The notes below the pieces were generated by a model. It saw nothing but the letters and a program-made list of their open reading frames with translations, ran no database searches and had not been told where the DNA came from. A DNA stretch of 64,000 bases, taken from the NCBI GenBank assembly GCA_044507735.1, contig JBIQJB010000011.1, forward strand, positions 1-64,000, written 5' to 3'. A program made the position numbers and the translations under genes. Positions 37,493 to 48,073 of this stretch are shown in pieces. Within the stretch, counting starts at the first letter, position 1. Every line of letters starts with the position of its first letter. This stretch comes from Nitrosopumilales archaeon. Its GTDB lineage: Archaea; Thermoproteota; Nitrososphaeria; Nitrososphaerales; Nitrososphaeraceae.

Positions 37493-38326
37493 CTATACCG
37501 CCTTCATACGTTTGAACGAAAGGATCCCGAACACCCCCAACGCAGCGGTATAAGCTACCAGGATCGCAGAATCCAATTCGAAGGAGTTGCTGCCGACTCC
37601 CAGCATCGCGTGTCGCAATGCATCCACTCCGTACGTTGCAGGGTCTACTGTGGTCAGCACACCAAGCCAGCTTGGGAGATTGTCAAGAGGAAAGAGTGCG
37701 CCAGAAAGGAAGAACAGAGGGAACACCACAAAGCTGACTATCATCTGGAACCCCTCAAGGCTGTACATATAACTGCCAAGTGCCAGCCCAAGCGAGGTGA
37801 GACCAAACGACATCAACAATATTATCCCAACCACCTGTGCAAGGGACAACGGGGTGAACGGAATTCCAATTGCGGCTCCGATGGCAAGCAATATGGCGGC
37901 CTGTATCAGAGACGTGGTCATTCCACCCAGAGTCTTTCCAATAAAGACCCCGCTCCGGCTGACTGGCGCAACCATCACGCTCTTTAGAAAGTCAAATTTG
38001 CGATCCCAAATGATGTACGAGCCAAAGAACACAGAGCTGAATATTATCGACATTGCCACAATGCCGGGAAAGATGAACTGCTGGTAGTCAACACCGGGCG
38101 CAGTCACGGGGCTGGTTGCGCCAAGGCCGGATCCGATCACAAAGAGCCACAAAACAGGAGTAAAAGTGGACGCAACAATCCGGCTCTTTTCTCGCAAGAA
38201 GACCTTGAACTCGCGCAGCCACAGTGCATATATTCTTGTCAGCGACTGCTCTATGCTACTACCACTGCCACTAATCGTACTTTGCAAATCTCTCCATGAA
38301 CCCCCCTTCAGCCTGTTCCTTGTCAA
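37493..38326 (-). CDS. ABC-2 type transporter permease (true start probably downstream of 38326)
   Basis: LWLREFKVF, FIFPGIVAM, PLFFLSGALFP, DPATYGVDALR. Confidence 0.9.
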   Translation of the reverse strand: MTRNRLKGGSWRDLQSTISGSGSSIEQSLTRIYALWLREFKVFLREKSRIVASTFTPVLWLFVIGSGLGATSPVTAPGVDYQQFIFPGIVAMSIIFSSVFFGSYIIWDRKFDFLKSVMVAPVSRSGVFIGKTLGGMTTSLIQAAILLAIGAAIGIPFTPLSLAQVVGIILLMSFGLTSLGLALGSYMYSLEGFQMIVSFVVFPLFFLSGALFPLDNLPSWLGVLTTVDPATYGVDALRHAMLGVGSNSFELDSAILVAYTAALGVFGILSFKRMKAV

Positions 38327-39218
38327 TGTTCCTGCCGGTTAACTGTATGAACACGTCATTGAGCGTCGGGCTTGCAAATTCGGCCGACTCGGCCTCGACG
38401 CTCTGCAGCAGCACAGGCAGCGCCTTCCTTGCATCCTTGACCGATAGCACCAAGAAGCCGTCGCTTTGTTCGACCTTTTGCACAAATTCAAACTGCTTGA
38501 TCCTGTCGATGCTGTCCTTTGTCTTGAGCCGGATAATGTCGCCACCAAGTCCGGCCTTCAAGCCGTTCGGAGTATCAAGAGCTACTATCTTTCCCCTATC
38601 AATGATACCTATCCTGTCACACAGCATATCCGCTTCTTCCATGTAATGCGTCGTCAAAATGACCGTAATTTTTTCTTCGTCCACTAATCGCTTGACATAC
38701 TTCCACATGCTTTCCCTGCTTGCAGGGTCCAGCCCGAGTGTTGGCTCATCTAGAAACATCACCTTCGGTTTGTGTAGCAGGCCACGCGCAATTTCAAGGC
38801 GCCGGCGCATGCCACCAGAATAGGTCTTGACTTGGTCGTGCTTGCGCTCGGTAAGTCCCACTAGCTCAAGCACCTCGTCGATCCTGCTCTGCCGCTCATG
38901 CCTAGGCACGCTATACAGCATAGAATGCAAGTGCAGGTTTTCATAGCCCGTGAGCATGTCGTCGCTGCTTGGAGCCTGGAACACAATCCCAATGCTCGCG
39001 CGCACCTTTGCCGGCTGGCTGACGATGTCATAGCCGTTTATGGTTGCAGTGCCGGATGTTGGCTTGAGCAAGGTGGCGAGCATGTGGATGGTTGTAGTCT
39101 TGCCGGCGCCGTTAGAACCCAGTAGTCCGAAAACCTCGTTTTCATGAATGTCCAGCGTCAGATTGTCGACTGCTGTGAGGTTACCGTACTTTTTGACCAG
39201 ATTCTGTATCCGTATCAT
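38271..39218 (-). CDS. ABC transporter ATP-binding protein (DrrA-like)
   Basis: GSNGAGKTT, YSGGMRRRL, FLDEPT, TTHY. Confidence 0.95.
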   Translation of the reverse strand: MIRIQNLVKKYGNLTAVDNLTLDIHENEVFGLLGSNGAGKTTTIHMLATLLKPTSGTATINGYDIVSQPAKVRASIGIVFQAPSSDDMLTGYENLHLHSMLYSVPRHERQSRIDEVLELVGLTERKHDQVKTYSGGMRRRLEIARGLLHKPKVMFLDEPTLGLDPASRESMWKYVKRLVDEEKITVILTTHYMEEADMLCDRIGIIDRGKIVALDTPNGLKAGLGGDIIRLKTKDSIDRIKQFEFVQKVEQSDGFLVLSVKDARKALPVLLQSVEAESAEFASPTLNDVFIQLTGRNIDKEQAEGGFMERFAKYD

Positions 39219-39327
39219 CGGGCGAGTAAGTGATCGCAGTTGTTGGTATTATGCCTTGACATTACACACACACTAAAATGGATAAAAGGAAAAAGAAGAA
39301 AAACGATGATGATCCGCAGTATTACTA

Positions 39328-39474
39328 CTACTTCGCGCCTATCTTGAACATCTTGGTTCCGCAGACGGAGCAGATGCCTTGGGTGGCAGGCTTGCCATTC
39401 TTCATGGTGACCTTTTTCTCGTCTTTCATCATCCTCTTTGCCTTGCACTTGACGCAATACGCTTCTGTTGCCAT
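39328..39474 (-). CDS. 48-aa Zn-ribbon protein (DUF5679-like)
   Basis: Manual translation MATEAYCVKCKAKRMM...MKNGKPATQGICSVCGTKMFKIGAK, followed by TAG TAG TAA. Confidence 0.8.
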   Translation of the reverse strand: MATEAYCVKCKAKRMMKDEKKVTMKNGKPATQGICSVCGTKMFKIGAK

Positions 39475-39516
39475 GGTGCCCGGATGCCGGCGGGGGTAAA
39501 AGAAGCTTTCCTCGTG

Positions 39517-39924
39517 TTACGTTCCGGGGACCAACCAGTCGATGAGAGAGTCTAGCTCCTCGCATCGTATGGTCACCCGTATGGGCCCAAGGGGCGATTC
39601 CTGCTCGTCCTCAACCATGGCAGCTATACCAACTGCTGCGGCCTGCTTGTTTAGGAGAAACCATGTACTATCGCCTGCGCGATTGTCGAGTAGCATCCTT
39701 CTCAGCACCCCCATGGCAGATCTAGATCGCACCTGCTCATATAGCAACGAAAGACACTCGCTTCCGGTCGCATGTCCTATCACCCTGCTACGATACCGGA
39801 ACTCAGGCGAGCAGTTCCCTATGACGTTTTCAAGCGCATTGATCACTTTTTTTGGATCCTCTGAGGGGTTGACAGGAGCCTCTACCTTTACGTCGATTGG
39901 CGACTCGATTGCAGGTTTTCTCAA
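39517..39924 (-). CDS. UPF0201/DUF54 RNA-binding-like protein
   Basis: VNPSEDPKKV..LNKQAA..ESPLGPI. Confidence 0.8.
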   Translation of the reverse strand: MRKPAIESPIDVKVEAPVNPSEDPKKVINALENVIGNCSPEFRYRSRVIGHATGSECLSLLYEQVRSRSAMGVLRRMLLDNRAGDSTWFLLNKQAAAVGIAAMVEDEQESPLGPIRVTIRCEELDSLIDWLVPGT

Positions 39925-40490
39925 TTCCTGTTCGCCTCTTCAAGCCAGACCCTTACAATATCATATGCGTGTTGCTTCAGTTGGTCAAGGGTGAGATCGT
40001 TGTTTGATATCGTTTCGTCTGCGAGCGCGATCGCTTCACTTATTCCCACTGAAAGTTCCCGCTTGTCCCTGCTGGCAAATTCGTCGGTACTCGACGGCGC
40101 GTCGGACCTGCCGCGATCGACAAGGTGCTTGAATCGCGTGTCCTGTGATGCATGAATTGCCAGCAATTTTACATGGCCGGCTTTTTTTAGGACTTCTACT
40201 TCAGGAATGCTGCGAATGCCGTCAATGACGACATTGCCAGAATTTTGATCCCGCTCCAGTTTGCGGAGCACAAGATGCGCGACTGCTCCCGGCCCAAGGT
40301 CCTCTCGCAACTTCAGCATCAGCTTGCCGAGGTTGGCATCGGTCGGCTCCAGGTTCAGCCTGTGTGCCTCTTCTCTGACCGCGTCCCCCATTGTCACCGC
40401 TGTAAAGCCTTTCTCCTTCAGAAAAGAAGCAACAGTAGACTTGCCGGCTCCCGGCATACCGGTGAGACACACAAAGAGCCTCTTTGGCAT
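39921..40490 (-). CDS. UPF0200 P-loop kinase (dephospho-CoA kinase-like)
   Basis: LTGMPGAGKS, MGDAVRE, VIDGIRS, RGRSD; start at MPKR. Confidence 0.85.
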   Translation of the reverse strand: MPKRLFVCLTGMPGAGKSTVASFLKEKGFTAVTMGDAVREEAHRLNLEPTDANLGKLMLKLREDLGPGAVAHLVLRKLERDQNSGNVVIDGIRSIPEVEVLKKAGHVKLLAIHASQDTRFKHLVDRGRSDAPSSTDEFASRDKRELSVGISEAIALADETISNNDLTLDQLKQHAYDIVRVWLEEANRN

Positions 40491-40492
40491 GG

Positions 40493-41353
40493 TTATTCTG
40501 CCGACAGATCCCAGTAGGTAGCGTCCTTGAATTCTTCCTTTGGCTTGCCGAGTGCCTTCCACTCTTTAAATGACTTGGGGTAAAGCTTTACGTTCTGGAA
40601 CCCTGCCAGCCGGAGCGCATAGTAGGTAAGACCCGAGAGCGTCCCGACGCTCCCGCAGTACGTGATGATTTCAGAATCGCCAGAAATTCCGCGGTTTTCA
40701 ATAAAGCGCTTGAGTTCGTCCGCCTTGCGCAGTATGCTGCCGTTAGAGCCCACCATAGTATACGGGATGTTTTTTGCGCCAGGAATATGCTCAGTCAAAA
40801 AGTTCAGCCGCTCGCGCGAGTCGACCAGTATCTTGCGCTCCTGCGACTTGGCAGTCTCGACGTACGAGGCGTCGGCATAGATCTCTTTGTTGATGTTTAG
40901 CGAATGCTTTGATCTTCGGAAAGTGCTAACTCGCTTTTCAGTTTCAAGCCCAAGCTCCTTCCACTGTTTGAACGTCATCTCGAGAAGTGCGGTGTTCCTA
41001 TGGCCAACATACTGGAACGTCCATGCCACCCTTGCTGCCAGTGCGCCAAACGTGTCGTCGTACACAACCACAGGCATGTTGTCGGTAATGCCCAGCTCCT
41101 GCAGGATCTCCACTATCTTTTCCGGCGTGTCGTTTTCAAGCACCCTGGCAAGCGGTAGTGAGACCGCAGTTGGTATGTGCTCTTGCTTGTAGTCGTCTGC
41201 CCTGCGGACATCCACCACCCTCACGGCCTTCTTACGTATCAGCGAGCGCAGAGTATCTGTGTCGCATACTATAGGGAGCTGGACTGCGCCAGCCGATGAT
41301 GTCTTTGTGACAGAGGCCTTCCTTTTCGCAGCCTTGCCGGTCAAGCCGCGCAT
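40493..41353 (-). CDS. Rhodanese-like sulfurtransferase
   Basis: Two rhodanese domains (VVDVR..HIPTA, VVVYDD; HIPGA, ITYCGS). Confidence 0.88.
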   Translation of the reverse strand: MRGLTGKAAKRKASVTKTSSAGAVQLPIVCDTDTLRSLIRKKAVRVVDVRRADDYKQEHIPTAVSLPLARVLENDTPEKIVEILQELGITDNMPVVVYDDTFGALAARVAWTFQYVGHRNTALLEMTFKQWKELGLETEKRVSTFRRSKHSLNINKEIYADASYVETAKSQERKILVDSRERLNFLTEHIPGAKNIPYTMVGSNGSILRKADELKRFIENRGISGDSEIITYCGSVGTLSGLTYYALRLAGFQNVKLYPKSFKEWKALGKPKEEFKDATYWDLSAE

Positions 41354-43179
41354 TCTCCTCTTGCAGTCTTGGCAGAAAACCGAGCGTCACTGCCATAGTC
41401 CATGTACGCATCAGGATCTTTATCTGGCTCCGGCAGCTGAACGGCCTGTGCAATGGCCGCCTTCAAATCTTCAAGGTTCTTTATCGATCCTGACCCCTTC
41501 CCCTTTGTTATGCTGACGACCCACTGGTGAAGGGTCTCGTTTCCAGATTTCTGCTGCTTGTACAGCTCGATTATCTTCAACACTACGTCTATCACGCGCT
41601 TTGCCGGCACTCGCATTACAGCCCTGCCAAGCTCGCCATGCTCGCCGGCACTTCCGCCAAGAAGCATCGTGTAGGTCGGCACCATTGCGCTGTTCATCCT
41701 CGTGGCTCCTCCAAAGAAGCCGATCGTGGCAATCTCGTGCTGTCCGCAAGAGTTGGGGCAGCCGCTTATCTTGATTGTGGCGTCGCGTAGTGAGTCGTCA
41801 GTGTCAAGCCCAAGCTCTAGGAACTTGCGCTGCACCTCCTTGGCAAGCCTGTGCGAGTTTGTTATCGCAAGGTTGCAAGAGGTAGTGCCTGAACATCCAA
41901 CTGCGGACGTGATCGTGAGCGCGCCGGGGTTTGCAAGTCCAGCCGATGCCAGCTTTTCATAGAATTCGCGAAGCTCAGTGCCACGAACATAGCGGATCGC
42001 AAAGTTCTGCTGTGGTGTGTTCCTCGCAACACCTTCTGCAGAATAGTCGCGGATTGCAGACGCAAGCACTCTGAGCTGGCTTGCAGTGATGTCGCCTGCT
42101 CCAAGAGTGACAAACACCGTAAAGTATCCCTCCTGCTTCTGCGGGACGACGTTTGTGTGCAACCACCGTTCATATGCAGGGCTATCCTTCGTAACCTGCT
42201 CGTTAAGCACAGGCAGCCTCGTCATGCGGGGTGCCTTGGGCAGCAGTCTTGTGTCCTCACACGACTTTACATCGAACGACTGCGCAGTAGAGTATGAAGT
42301 CGTCATTTCCACTATCGAGCGCTCCTTCAAGACCATCTTTTGGAACTTTTCCCAGCCAGTCTCGTGCACCAGATAGCGCATTCTGTTCCTTGCCATGTTC
42401 TCTCTGTTGCCATGCCTGTCAAAGAGCCTCACCGCTGCCATGCATGTAGCAAGCACTCGCTCTTCTGGTGTAAAGTCCTCTAGTTGATGGCCGATGAACG
42501 ACGCAGCACCTAATCCGCCGCCTAGATAGACCCTGAAGCCTCTAACTCCATCTCTTAGCTGTGGCACAAGCCCGATGTCTGCGATCCTTACCAAGCCATG
42601 TTGCTCGCAGCATGCAAAGTTGATCTTAAACTTGCGCGGCAGGTTCTGACACATGGGGTTGCGCAGGAAGAATTTGGCTATCGCCATCGCGTATGGAGAA
42701 GCATCAAATGCCTCGTTTGGACACACACCCGCAAAGTGGCTGCACATGACGTTGCGGACAGTGTTGCCACATGCTTCTCTTGTTGTCAGCCCGGCTTCCA
42801 CGAGTCCCCTCATGACCTCGCTGACATCTTCCAGCTGCACCCAGTGGAGCTGAATGTTCTGGCGCGTAGAAACGTGTGCCGAGCCTATCGAAAAGGCCTC
42901 AGAAAGACTTGCGATCTTTTCGATCTGATCTGGGGTAATTTCGCCCCCAGGCACCTTTATCCTAACCATGCTGTAATCCAAGTGAAGGCGCGATCCGTAT
43001 GCCCCGTGTTGGAGGCGGAATCGCCGAAAATCATCCTCCGACATCTTGCCCTGCCTGAAAAGCTTGACCCTTTTTGCAAAGTTCTCGGCTTCCTCCTCCC
43101 GGCCCCACTTCGGGTTGGGCTTTGGCGGAGAAATGCCTTTCTGTCTAGTGTTAACAGTAGCTACCCGGGATTTCTTCAT
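41341..43179 (-). CDS. Ferredoxin-dependent sulfite/nitrite reductase
   Basis: STRQNIQ, CGNTVRN, LPRKFK, and siroheme/Fe-S ligands CSGTTSC and GCPNSC. Confidence 0.92.
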   Translation of the reverse strand: MKKSRVATVNTRQKGISPPKPNPKWGREEEAENFAKRVKLFRQGKMSEDDFRRFRLQHGAYGSRLHLDYSMVRIKVPGGEITPDQIEKIASLSEAFSIGSAHVSTRQNIQLHWVQLEDVSEVMRGLVEAGLTTREACGNTVRNVMCSHFAGVCPNEAFDASPYAMAIAKFFLRNPMCQNLPRKFKINFACCEQHGLVRIADIGLVPQLRDGVRGFRVYLGGGLGAASFIGHQLEDFTPEERVLATCMAAVRLFDRHGNRENMARNRMRYLVHETGWEKFQKMVLKERSIVEMTTSYSTAQSFDVKSCEDTRLLPKAPRMTRLPVLNEQVTKDSPAYERWLHTNVVPQKQEGYFTVFVTLGAGDITASQLRVLASAIRDYSAEGVARNTPQQNFAIRYVRGTELREFYEKLASAGLANPGALTITSAVGCSGTTSCNLAITNSHRLAKEVQRKFLELGLDTDDSLRDATIKISGCPNSCGQHEIATIGFFGGATRMNSAMVPTYTMLLGGSAGEHGELGRAVMRVPAKRVIDVVLKIIELYKQQKSGNETLHQWVVSITKGKGSGSIKNLEDLKAAIAQAVQLPEPDKDPDAYMDYGSDARFSAKTARGECAA

Positions 43180-43323
43180 TATATATGAGTAGAAAGTGTT
43201 ACATCAAATCATATATTTTTTATGGATATGGGAGATATTGGCAGCAATTCTTGGAACAAGCGGCAATATTCAGTATCTACCAAGCAGCGAAGCTTTTTAA
43301 TGCAATCGTACCGCGTTAATGCC

Positions 43324-43830
43324 ATGGCCAAGAAAAGGGCAAAAAAGGCGAGCACTAAGAAGGTCAGCTATCTTCCCAAAGGTTACCATTCAATAACGCC
43401 AGGACTTGCTGTGCGCGATGCGGCTCAAGCGATCGAATTTTACAAGAAGGCGCTTGGTGCGAAAGAGAAATTCCGCATGTCGGGCCCCGACGGCAAGATT
43501 ATGCATGCAGACATCATGGTTGGCAATTCGCACATAATGCTTGGAGAGGAGAATGTCGATATGAATCACCTCTCGCCACTGTCTCTTAACGGATCCCCGG
43601 TAGGCCTGTACGTCTATGTCCGAAATGCAGACAAGGTTTTTGATCAGGCAGTCAAGGTCGGCGCCAAGGCGACGATGCCCGTAACGGACCAGTTCTGGGG
43701 TGACCGTGCAGGTATGATTACAGACCCGTTTGGACACAAATGGTGGATCGCAACCCACAAGCGCAATCCCAGTCGAAAAGAGATGAGTAGGGCCATGGAA
43801 GAAATGGCTGCCCAACAGGCGAAACAATAG
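43324..43830 (+). CDS. VOC/glyoxalase family protein (PhnB-like)
   Basis: AIEFYKKALGA, IMHA, DQFWGDR..DPFGHKW; start placed at MAKKR. Confidence 0.85.
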   Translation: MAKKRAKKASTKKVSYLPKGYHSITPGLAVRDAAQAIEFYKKALGAKEKFRMSGPDGKIMHADIMVGNSHIMLGEENVDMNHLSPLSLNGSPVGLYVYVRNADKVFDQAVKVGAKATMPVTDQFWGDRAGMITDPFGHKWWIATHKRNPSRKEMSRAMEEMAAQQAKQ

Positions 43831-43874
43831 CACAAGCTTAAAATCACCTATCCGCAGGCTTTTTTCACTGACAA

Positions 43875-44621
43875 ATGGGCAAGAGAACACTGGTACGTAG
43901 AAGGGGCCGCGGAGGAAAGCAGTTCAGGGCGGTCACTGTAGGCAAGATTGCGCCCGCAAAGTACCCCAACTTCAAGTTGGAGGATCATCACACTGGCAGG
44001 GTTGTTGACATTATTCATGAAAGAGGACGTGATGCGCCCTTAGCAAAGATTCTATTTGACGATGGAAGGTATTCTTATGTCCCTGCGCCAAATGGCACAA
44101 TTGTAGGCAGCACCATAGAAGTAGGCACAGGCACGGCTGCGAAGACAGGAAACATCATGGCGCTGGAATCAGTCCCAGACGGCACCGTCGTTTGCAACAT
44201 TGAAAGGAACGCAGGTGACGGAGGCAAGCTGATCAAGTCGGCTGGCTCGTCAGCGGTGGTATTTGCCCATGGAACAGAGGGTGTTACAGTTAAATTCCCA
44301 TCAGGCAGGTTCCTCACGCTTAACCAAAAGTGCAGGGCCATGATCGGCTCGGTAGCAGGAGCGGGCAGAAAGGAAAAGCCGTTCCTCAAGGCAGGCACAC
44401 GTGCAAAGTACATGCAGGCTCATGGCAGGCTTTACCCGACGGTCAGAGGCATCGCCCAGGCTGCGGTCTATCACCCGCACGGTGGTGGAAGGCATCAGCA
44501 CATCGGGCGCCAGTCATCAGTAGGCAGGACCACTCCACCGGGTCGCAAGGTAGGCAACATCGCCCCAAGAAAGACAGGCAGGGGCAGGATAAAGGACCCC
44601 AACCAGATGAAGTCTGCCTAA
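43875..44621 (+). CDS. rpl2: 50S ribosomal protein L2
   Basis: MGKR..RRRGRG, HERGRDAPLA, PTVRG..HPHGGG, PPGRKVG. Confidence 0.97.
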   Translation: MGKRTLVRRRGRGGKQFRAVTVGKIAPAKYPNFKLEDHHTGRVVDIIHERGRDAPLAKILFDDGRYSYVPAPNGTIVGSTIEVGTGTAAKTGNIMALESVPDGTVVCNIERNAGDGGKLIKSAGSSAVVFAHGTEGVTVKFPSGRFLTLNQKCRAMIGSVAGAGRKEKPFLKAGTRAKYMQAHGRLYPTVRGIAQAAVYHPHGGGRHQHIGRQSSVGRTTPPGRKVGNIAPRKTGRGRIKDPNQMKSA

Positions 44622-44694
44622 CTCTTTCCCTTTTTGTGGAAAAGACTGCGCGTAACGGCTATATTCTATTCCATATTTTACGGCTTTTAAACAT

Positions 44695-45210
44695 ATGAAA
44701 GCAGAGCAGTTTTCAAGAAATGTCTTGGCGCTGGATCCAGATAACATCAGGTTCGTCGGCGTCATGGAAAGGTCTGGCCATCTCTATGCCAGTGCCACGA
44801 AAAACGGCACCGAGGAATACCTGAAGGGAAGGAATCCTGAGATCAGCCTCGCCCAATCTGTCTACATCGTCGATCTGCGAAAAATGTTCACCCAAGAGCT
44901 CGGAAACCTGACTTCAGTAGCTTACTCGTACGACAAGGTCAAGCTGATCAGCATACCGGTCAAGGAGCATGTGCTTGTTATTTCTGCCGAGCCAAAAGTC
45001 AACACGGACCAGATGGTGGAAAAGGTAGCCAAGTATATCAAGTCGGTTGAAAGCGAGCTCTCGCTTTACCCACCAAGCAACATCATAAATGAGGAGAAGA
45101 AAGAGGCTCTGAGAAATCTGCACCACTCGGGTATTTCTGAAGAGCTTATTGCAGAACAGCTGGATCTTGACGTCAACACAGTCAGGATGCTAATAGCGGA
45201 AATAAAGTGA
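44695..45210 (+). CDS. Hypothetical protein (roadblock-like N-terminus, C-terminal HTH)
   Basis: NIRFVGV..G..Y..VKLISIP; C-terminal ISEELIAEQLDLDVNTV. Confidence 0.7.
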   Translation: MKAEQFSRNVLALDPDNIRFVGVMERSGHLYASATKNGTEEYLKGRNPEISLAQSVYIVDLRKMFTQELGNLTSVAYSYDKVKLISIPVKEHVLVISAEPKVNTDQMVEKVAKYIKSVESELSLYPPSNIINEEKKEALRNLHHSGISEELIAEQLDLDVNTVRMLIAEIK

Positions 45211-45374
45211 ACTCTACCACCAATCAAATTCCATAGTCCCTTCCGTCTTCGTCACAAAGTTCCCGACTACCACCCTAGCGAACAGTTTCTAAGAAAAAAT
45301 GCAAGAGGGTGATTCATTATCCGCTTTCCAAGTCCGACGGAGCCTGCTCTCCACTGTTCTACAAAAAATTGCCG

Positions 45375-45986
45375 TCACCCAATTCCCTTGAATTTCTCGA
45401 GGGACTTCCACATGTACCAGGTGGCGACGCTACAGTATGGCCTCCAAGGGCGTGCAATATCTCGCATAATTTCCGGGGTTGGAAGCTCTTCAAGGCAATA
45501 TGCTTTCTGCATAGCTTTTCTGAGTCCAAGGTCCCCCACAGGCAGGACATCCTCCCTGCCGAGGCAGAATATCAGAAACATTTCCGCTGTCCATCTGCCT
45601 ATGCCCTTCACCTGCACAAGCTGCTCGATCACATCCTCGTCAGGAAATTTAGACAGCTGAGAAAGCTTCAGTCTACCGTCAGAAGCCCTTGCAGCGAGAT
45701 CCTTGAGGTACTCTATTTTTCGTCCGGAAAGGCCGGCAGCGCGCAATTGTGAATCATCTGTGGCCAACAGCTGTGCCGGTCGCGGAAACCTGCCATAGAT
45801 CTTGATGAATCGCTTGTATATCACATCTGCCACGCTGCCGGCAAGCTGCTGATAGATTATCGCTTCCACCAAGGAGCGGAAGGGATCCTTTCGAAGTTTG
45901 ATTTCATAGGCACCGACCGACTCTATTATCGCGGCAAGCCGCGCGTCGGCTGCTGCCAGGTGTTTCAATGCTACGTCCTCAAGCAT
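45375..45986 (-). CDS. DNA-3-methyladenine glycosylase (AlkA family)
   Basis: IIYQQL, GLSGRK, HhH VKGIGRWTAEM, LPVGD, WRPY. Confidence 0.9.
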   Translation of the reverse strand: MLEDVALKHLAAADARLAAIIESVGAYEIKLRKDPFRSLVEAIIYQQLAGSVADVIYKRFIKIYGRFPRPAQLLATDDSQLRAAGLSGRKIEYLKDLAARASDGRLKLSQLSKFPDEDVIEQLVQVKGIGRWTAEMFLIFCLGREDVLPVGDLGLRKAMQKAYCLEELPTPEIMRDIARPWRPYCSVATWYMWKSLEKFKGIG

Positions 45987-45993
45987 TTGGCTC

Positions 45994-46770
45994 TTACACC
46001 GGGAGCGAGTTGAGCACCGCGTCAAAGTTGGACCTTGTCTGGTCGCGTTTGTAGGTCTTGAGCGCCAAGAGCACTTTTTCCCTATCAACCCGTAACGTCT
46101 TTTGCACCATTCCTGCGACAGTTCCGTGCAAGAAAATCGACTGTGCAGCGGCAGTCACGTTGCTTGTCCTCCGGCTTGTGCTTGCGCTTTCAAAGTCAAT
46201 GATATAGGGTTTGCTTGATACTATGACGTGTCTATCGAGTCTGCTCAGTTCTCCATGGTCAAGACCAGCCCTGTCAAGGTCGTAACACTGTTCAAGCACA
46301 GCCTTTGCCATCACGATCAACTTTTCCTCTGTCGCGTCAGCGACCCAGTCCACTATGCTATCACCGTCAATAAATTCCATGGCTACCAGGTTCTTGGTGG
46401 ACCCTTCGAGAGAGGGTCCGACACCAGCAGCATTTGCGATCTTGTGCAAGCGCACTTCATCTTCCATGCTCTTCCTGTCAGCATCTAGCCTCCTAATCTT
46501 TAGCGCGCATGTCTTGTTTCCAACTCTTGCACGGAGCACGATTCCGACCTGACCCTTGCCGGCTACACGCGATCCATTGATTGTTGTCCTTCCGCCAAGC
46601 GCTATAGACGTCACTCCAAGCGACTCCATTTCGGCGATGCGACTGTTGTATTCGCTCTCCAGAAAGCGCGGGTAGCAAATGAGTGGCATCAGTTCTTGTG
46701 CCCTGATGTCCAGCTCATCAGAAAATGAGACGCTCTGTCGAGACAACATCGCTGATAGCCTCCTTTGCAA
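45994..46770 (-). CDS. RIO/Bud32-like Ser/Thr protein kinase
   Basis: GKGQVG, ALKIRR, LDHGEL, IIDFE. Confidence 0.85.
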   Translation of the reverse strand: MQRRLSAMLSRQSVSFSDELDIRAQELMPLICYPRFLESEYNSRIAEMESLGVTSIALGGRTTINGSRVAGKGQVGIVLRARVGNKTCALKIRRLDADRKSMEDEVRLHKIANAAGVGPSLEGSTKNLVAMEFIDGDSIVDWVADATEEKLIVMAKAVLEQCYDLDRAGLDHGELSRLDRHVIVSSKPYIIDFESASTSRRTSNVTAAAQSIFLHGTVAGMVQKTLRVDREKVLLALKTYKRDQTRSNFDAVLNSLPV

Positions 46771-48073
46771 TTCCTCTTATCTTTGTATTCCCGGCATAAA
46801 TTTTGAGTCTGCTTCCAACAATCAAGTCCTTCGGGACTCCGCTGCTCTCTGCATTCCGTAGTAGGGATCTGGTGAACTTGATGGCATCGGTAGCCTTTCT
46901 GTCGACCAGCATGGCCACCCTCATTTCCTTGTCAACCCAGACCATGTGCGACTTTTTCTTGCCTGCAAGAAACCGGGCAACATCCATCCTCCTGAAAATT
47001 TCAGGACCCTTCCTCTTTGTATAAGACGGCAAGGTCATGGACTCTAGCAAGAATGCCAAAGCAGCAGAATTCTTTTCGTCGGTAACGCACGAGCTCCGCA
47101 ATACAATAAAGCCGGCCAGCTGCAGTTGCTTTGCAATCGCACTGGTTCCCCTCTTTAGTTGTCCCCACACAACGTCAGGGCTGCGCTGCCTATGTGAAAA
47201 TTCCGCCACAAGCACATTTGAGTACAGCTTTCTTGCATCAGCGCCGCGTCTGTATCCCTTGAAAAACTTAACCGATGGCCGGGCCAGGAACGACCTTGCT
47301 GCAAGCATGAACCTGCCTACACTCTCGGAGGAAATCGCAGTGCCAAGATTGCGCCTGTTGTCGATTGGATCGATGATGATTACAGTGCTGTTAAAGCCCT
47401 TGATCACGTCTGGATCGCATTCTATGCTGGATACAACTTGCCGCTCCTGCCATTCTGCAGCCGCGCGCAATGTCTCTTCAAACGATCCGTACTTGTGCAC
47501 CAGTACTTCCGAAACATAACCGCTAAAGCCCGAAGTAGAGATTTCAGCTCCATATATCCCCATGGATTTGAGAAACTTTTTCAACAATCTTGCCTGTTTT
47601 CTCTTTTCGTCATCGAAATTCCTGCTAATGAATTCAGTATGGAACGGCGACCTGTCTGCGGCGCTCTGCCACTTGCCCTGTTCGACATCAAAGCATGGCA
47701 CAACGTTTATCCGGACATTTTTTACAAACGCCTCGACGTAAGGGTGGTCGGAATAGCGCAGTCTCGGCCTGTGGGATTTTAACGCCCGCAAACCAACAGA
47801 CGTTCCAAGCTCTTCAAACTTTTCTAGGGACACCGAGGGCTTGACCTTGAAAAAGATGTCAATATCTGCATCGCCTCTAAGCCAAGTGCCCTTTGCAAAA
47901 GACCCACCAAAGGCAACGCTTACAATGTCGCTTATTCCAGAGACGTGCTTCTCCACGAGCTCCTTGGCCTTCTCAGCCACCGAGGCTATCCGGTGCTGTT
48001 CGCTAGACGAAGGCTCACACAGAGGCAGCACCTTTTCTACCACGGCGCTGATGTCAGACATACAGCAGTTCAT
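46718..48073 (-). CDS. cca: Archaeal CCA-adding enzyme
   Basis: GGSFAKGTWL..DADIDIF, YSDHPY, SAADRSPFH, GFSGY, DPID..RNL. Confidence 0.95.
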   Translation of the reverse strand: MNCCMSDISAVVEKVLPLCEPSSSEQHRIASVAEKAKELVEKHVSGISDIVSVAFGGSFAKGTWLRGDADIDIFFKVKPSVSLEKFEELGTSVGLRALKSHRPRLRYSDHPYVEAFVKNVRINVVPCFDVEQGKWQSAADRSPFHTEFISRNFDDEKRKQARLLKKFLKSMGIYGAEISTSGFSGYVSEVLVHKYGSFEETLRAAAEWQERQVVSSIECDPDVIKGFNSTVIIIDPIDNRRNLGTAISSESVGRFMLAARSFLARPSVKFFKGYRRGADARKLYSNVLVAEFSHRQRSPDVVWGQLKRGTSAIAKQLQLAGFIVLRSSCVTDEKNSAALAFLLESMTLPSYTKRKGPEIFRRMDVARFLAGKKKSHMVWVDKEMRVAMLVDRKATDAIKFTRSLLRNAESSGVPKDLIVGSRLKIYAGNTKIRGIAKEAISDVVSTERLIF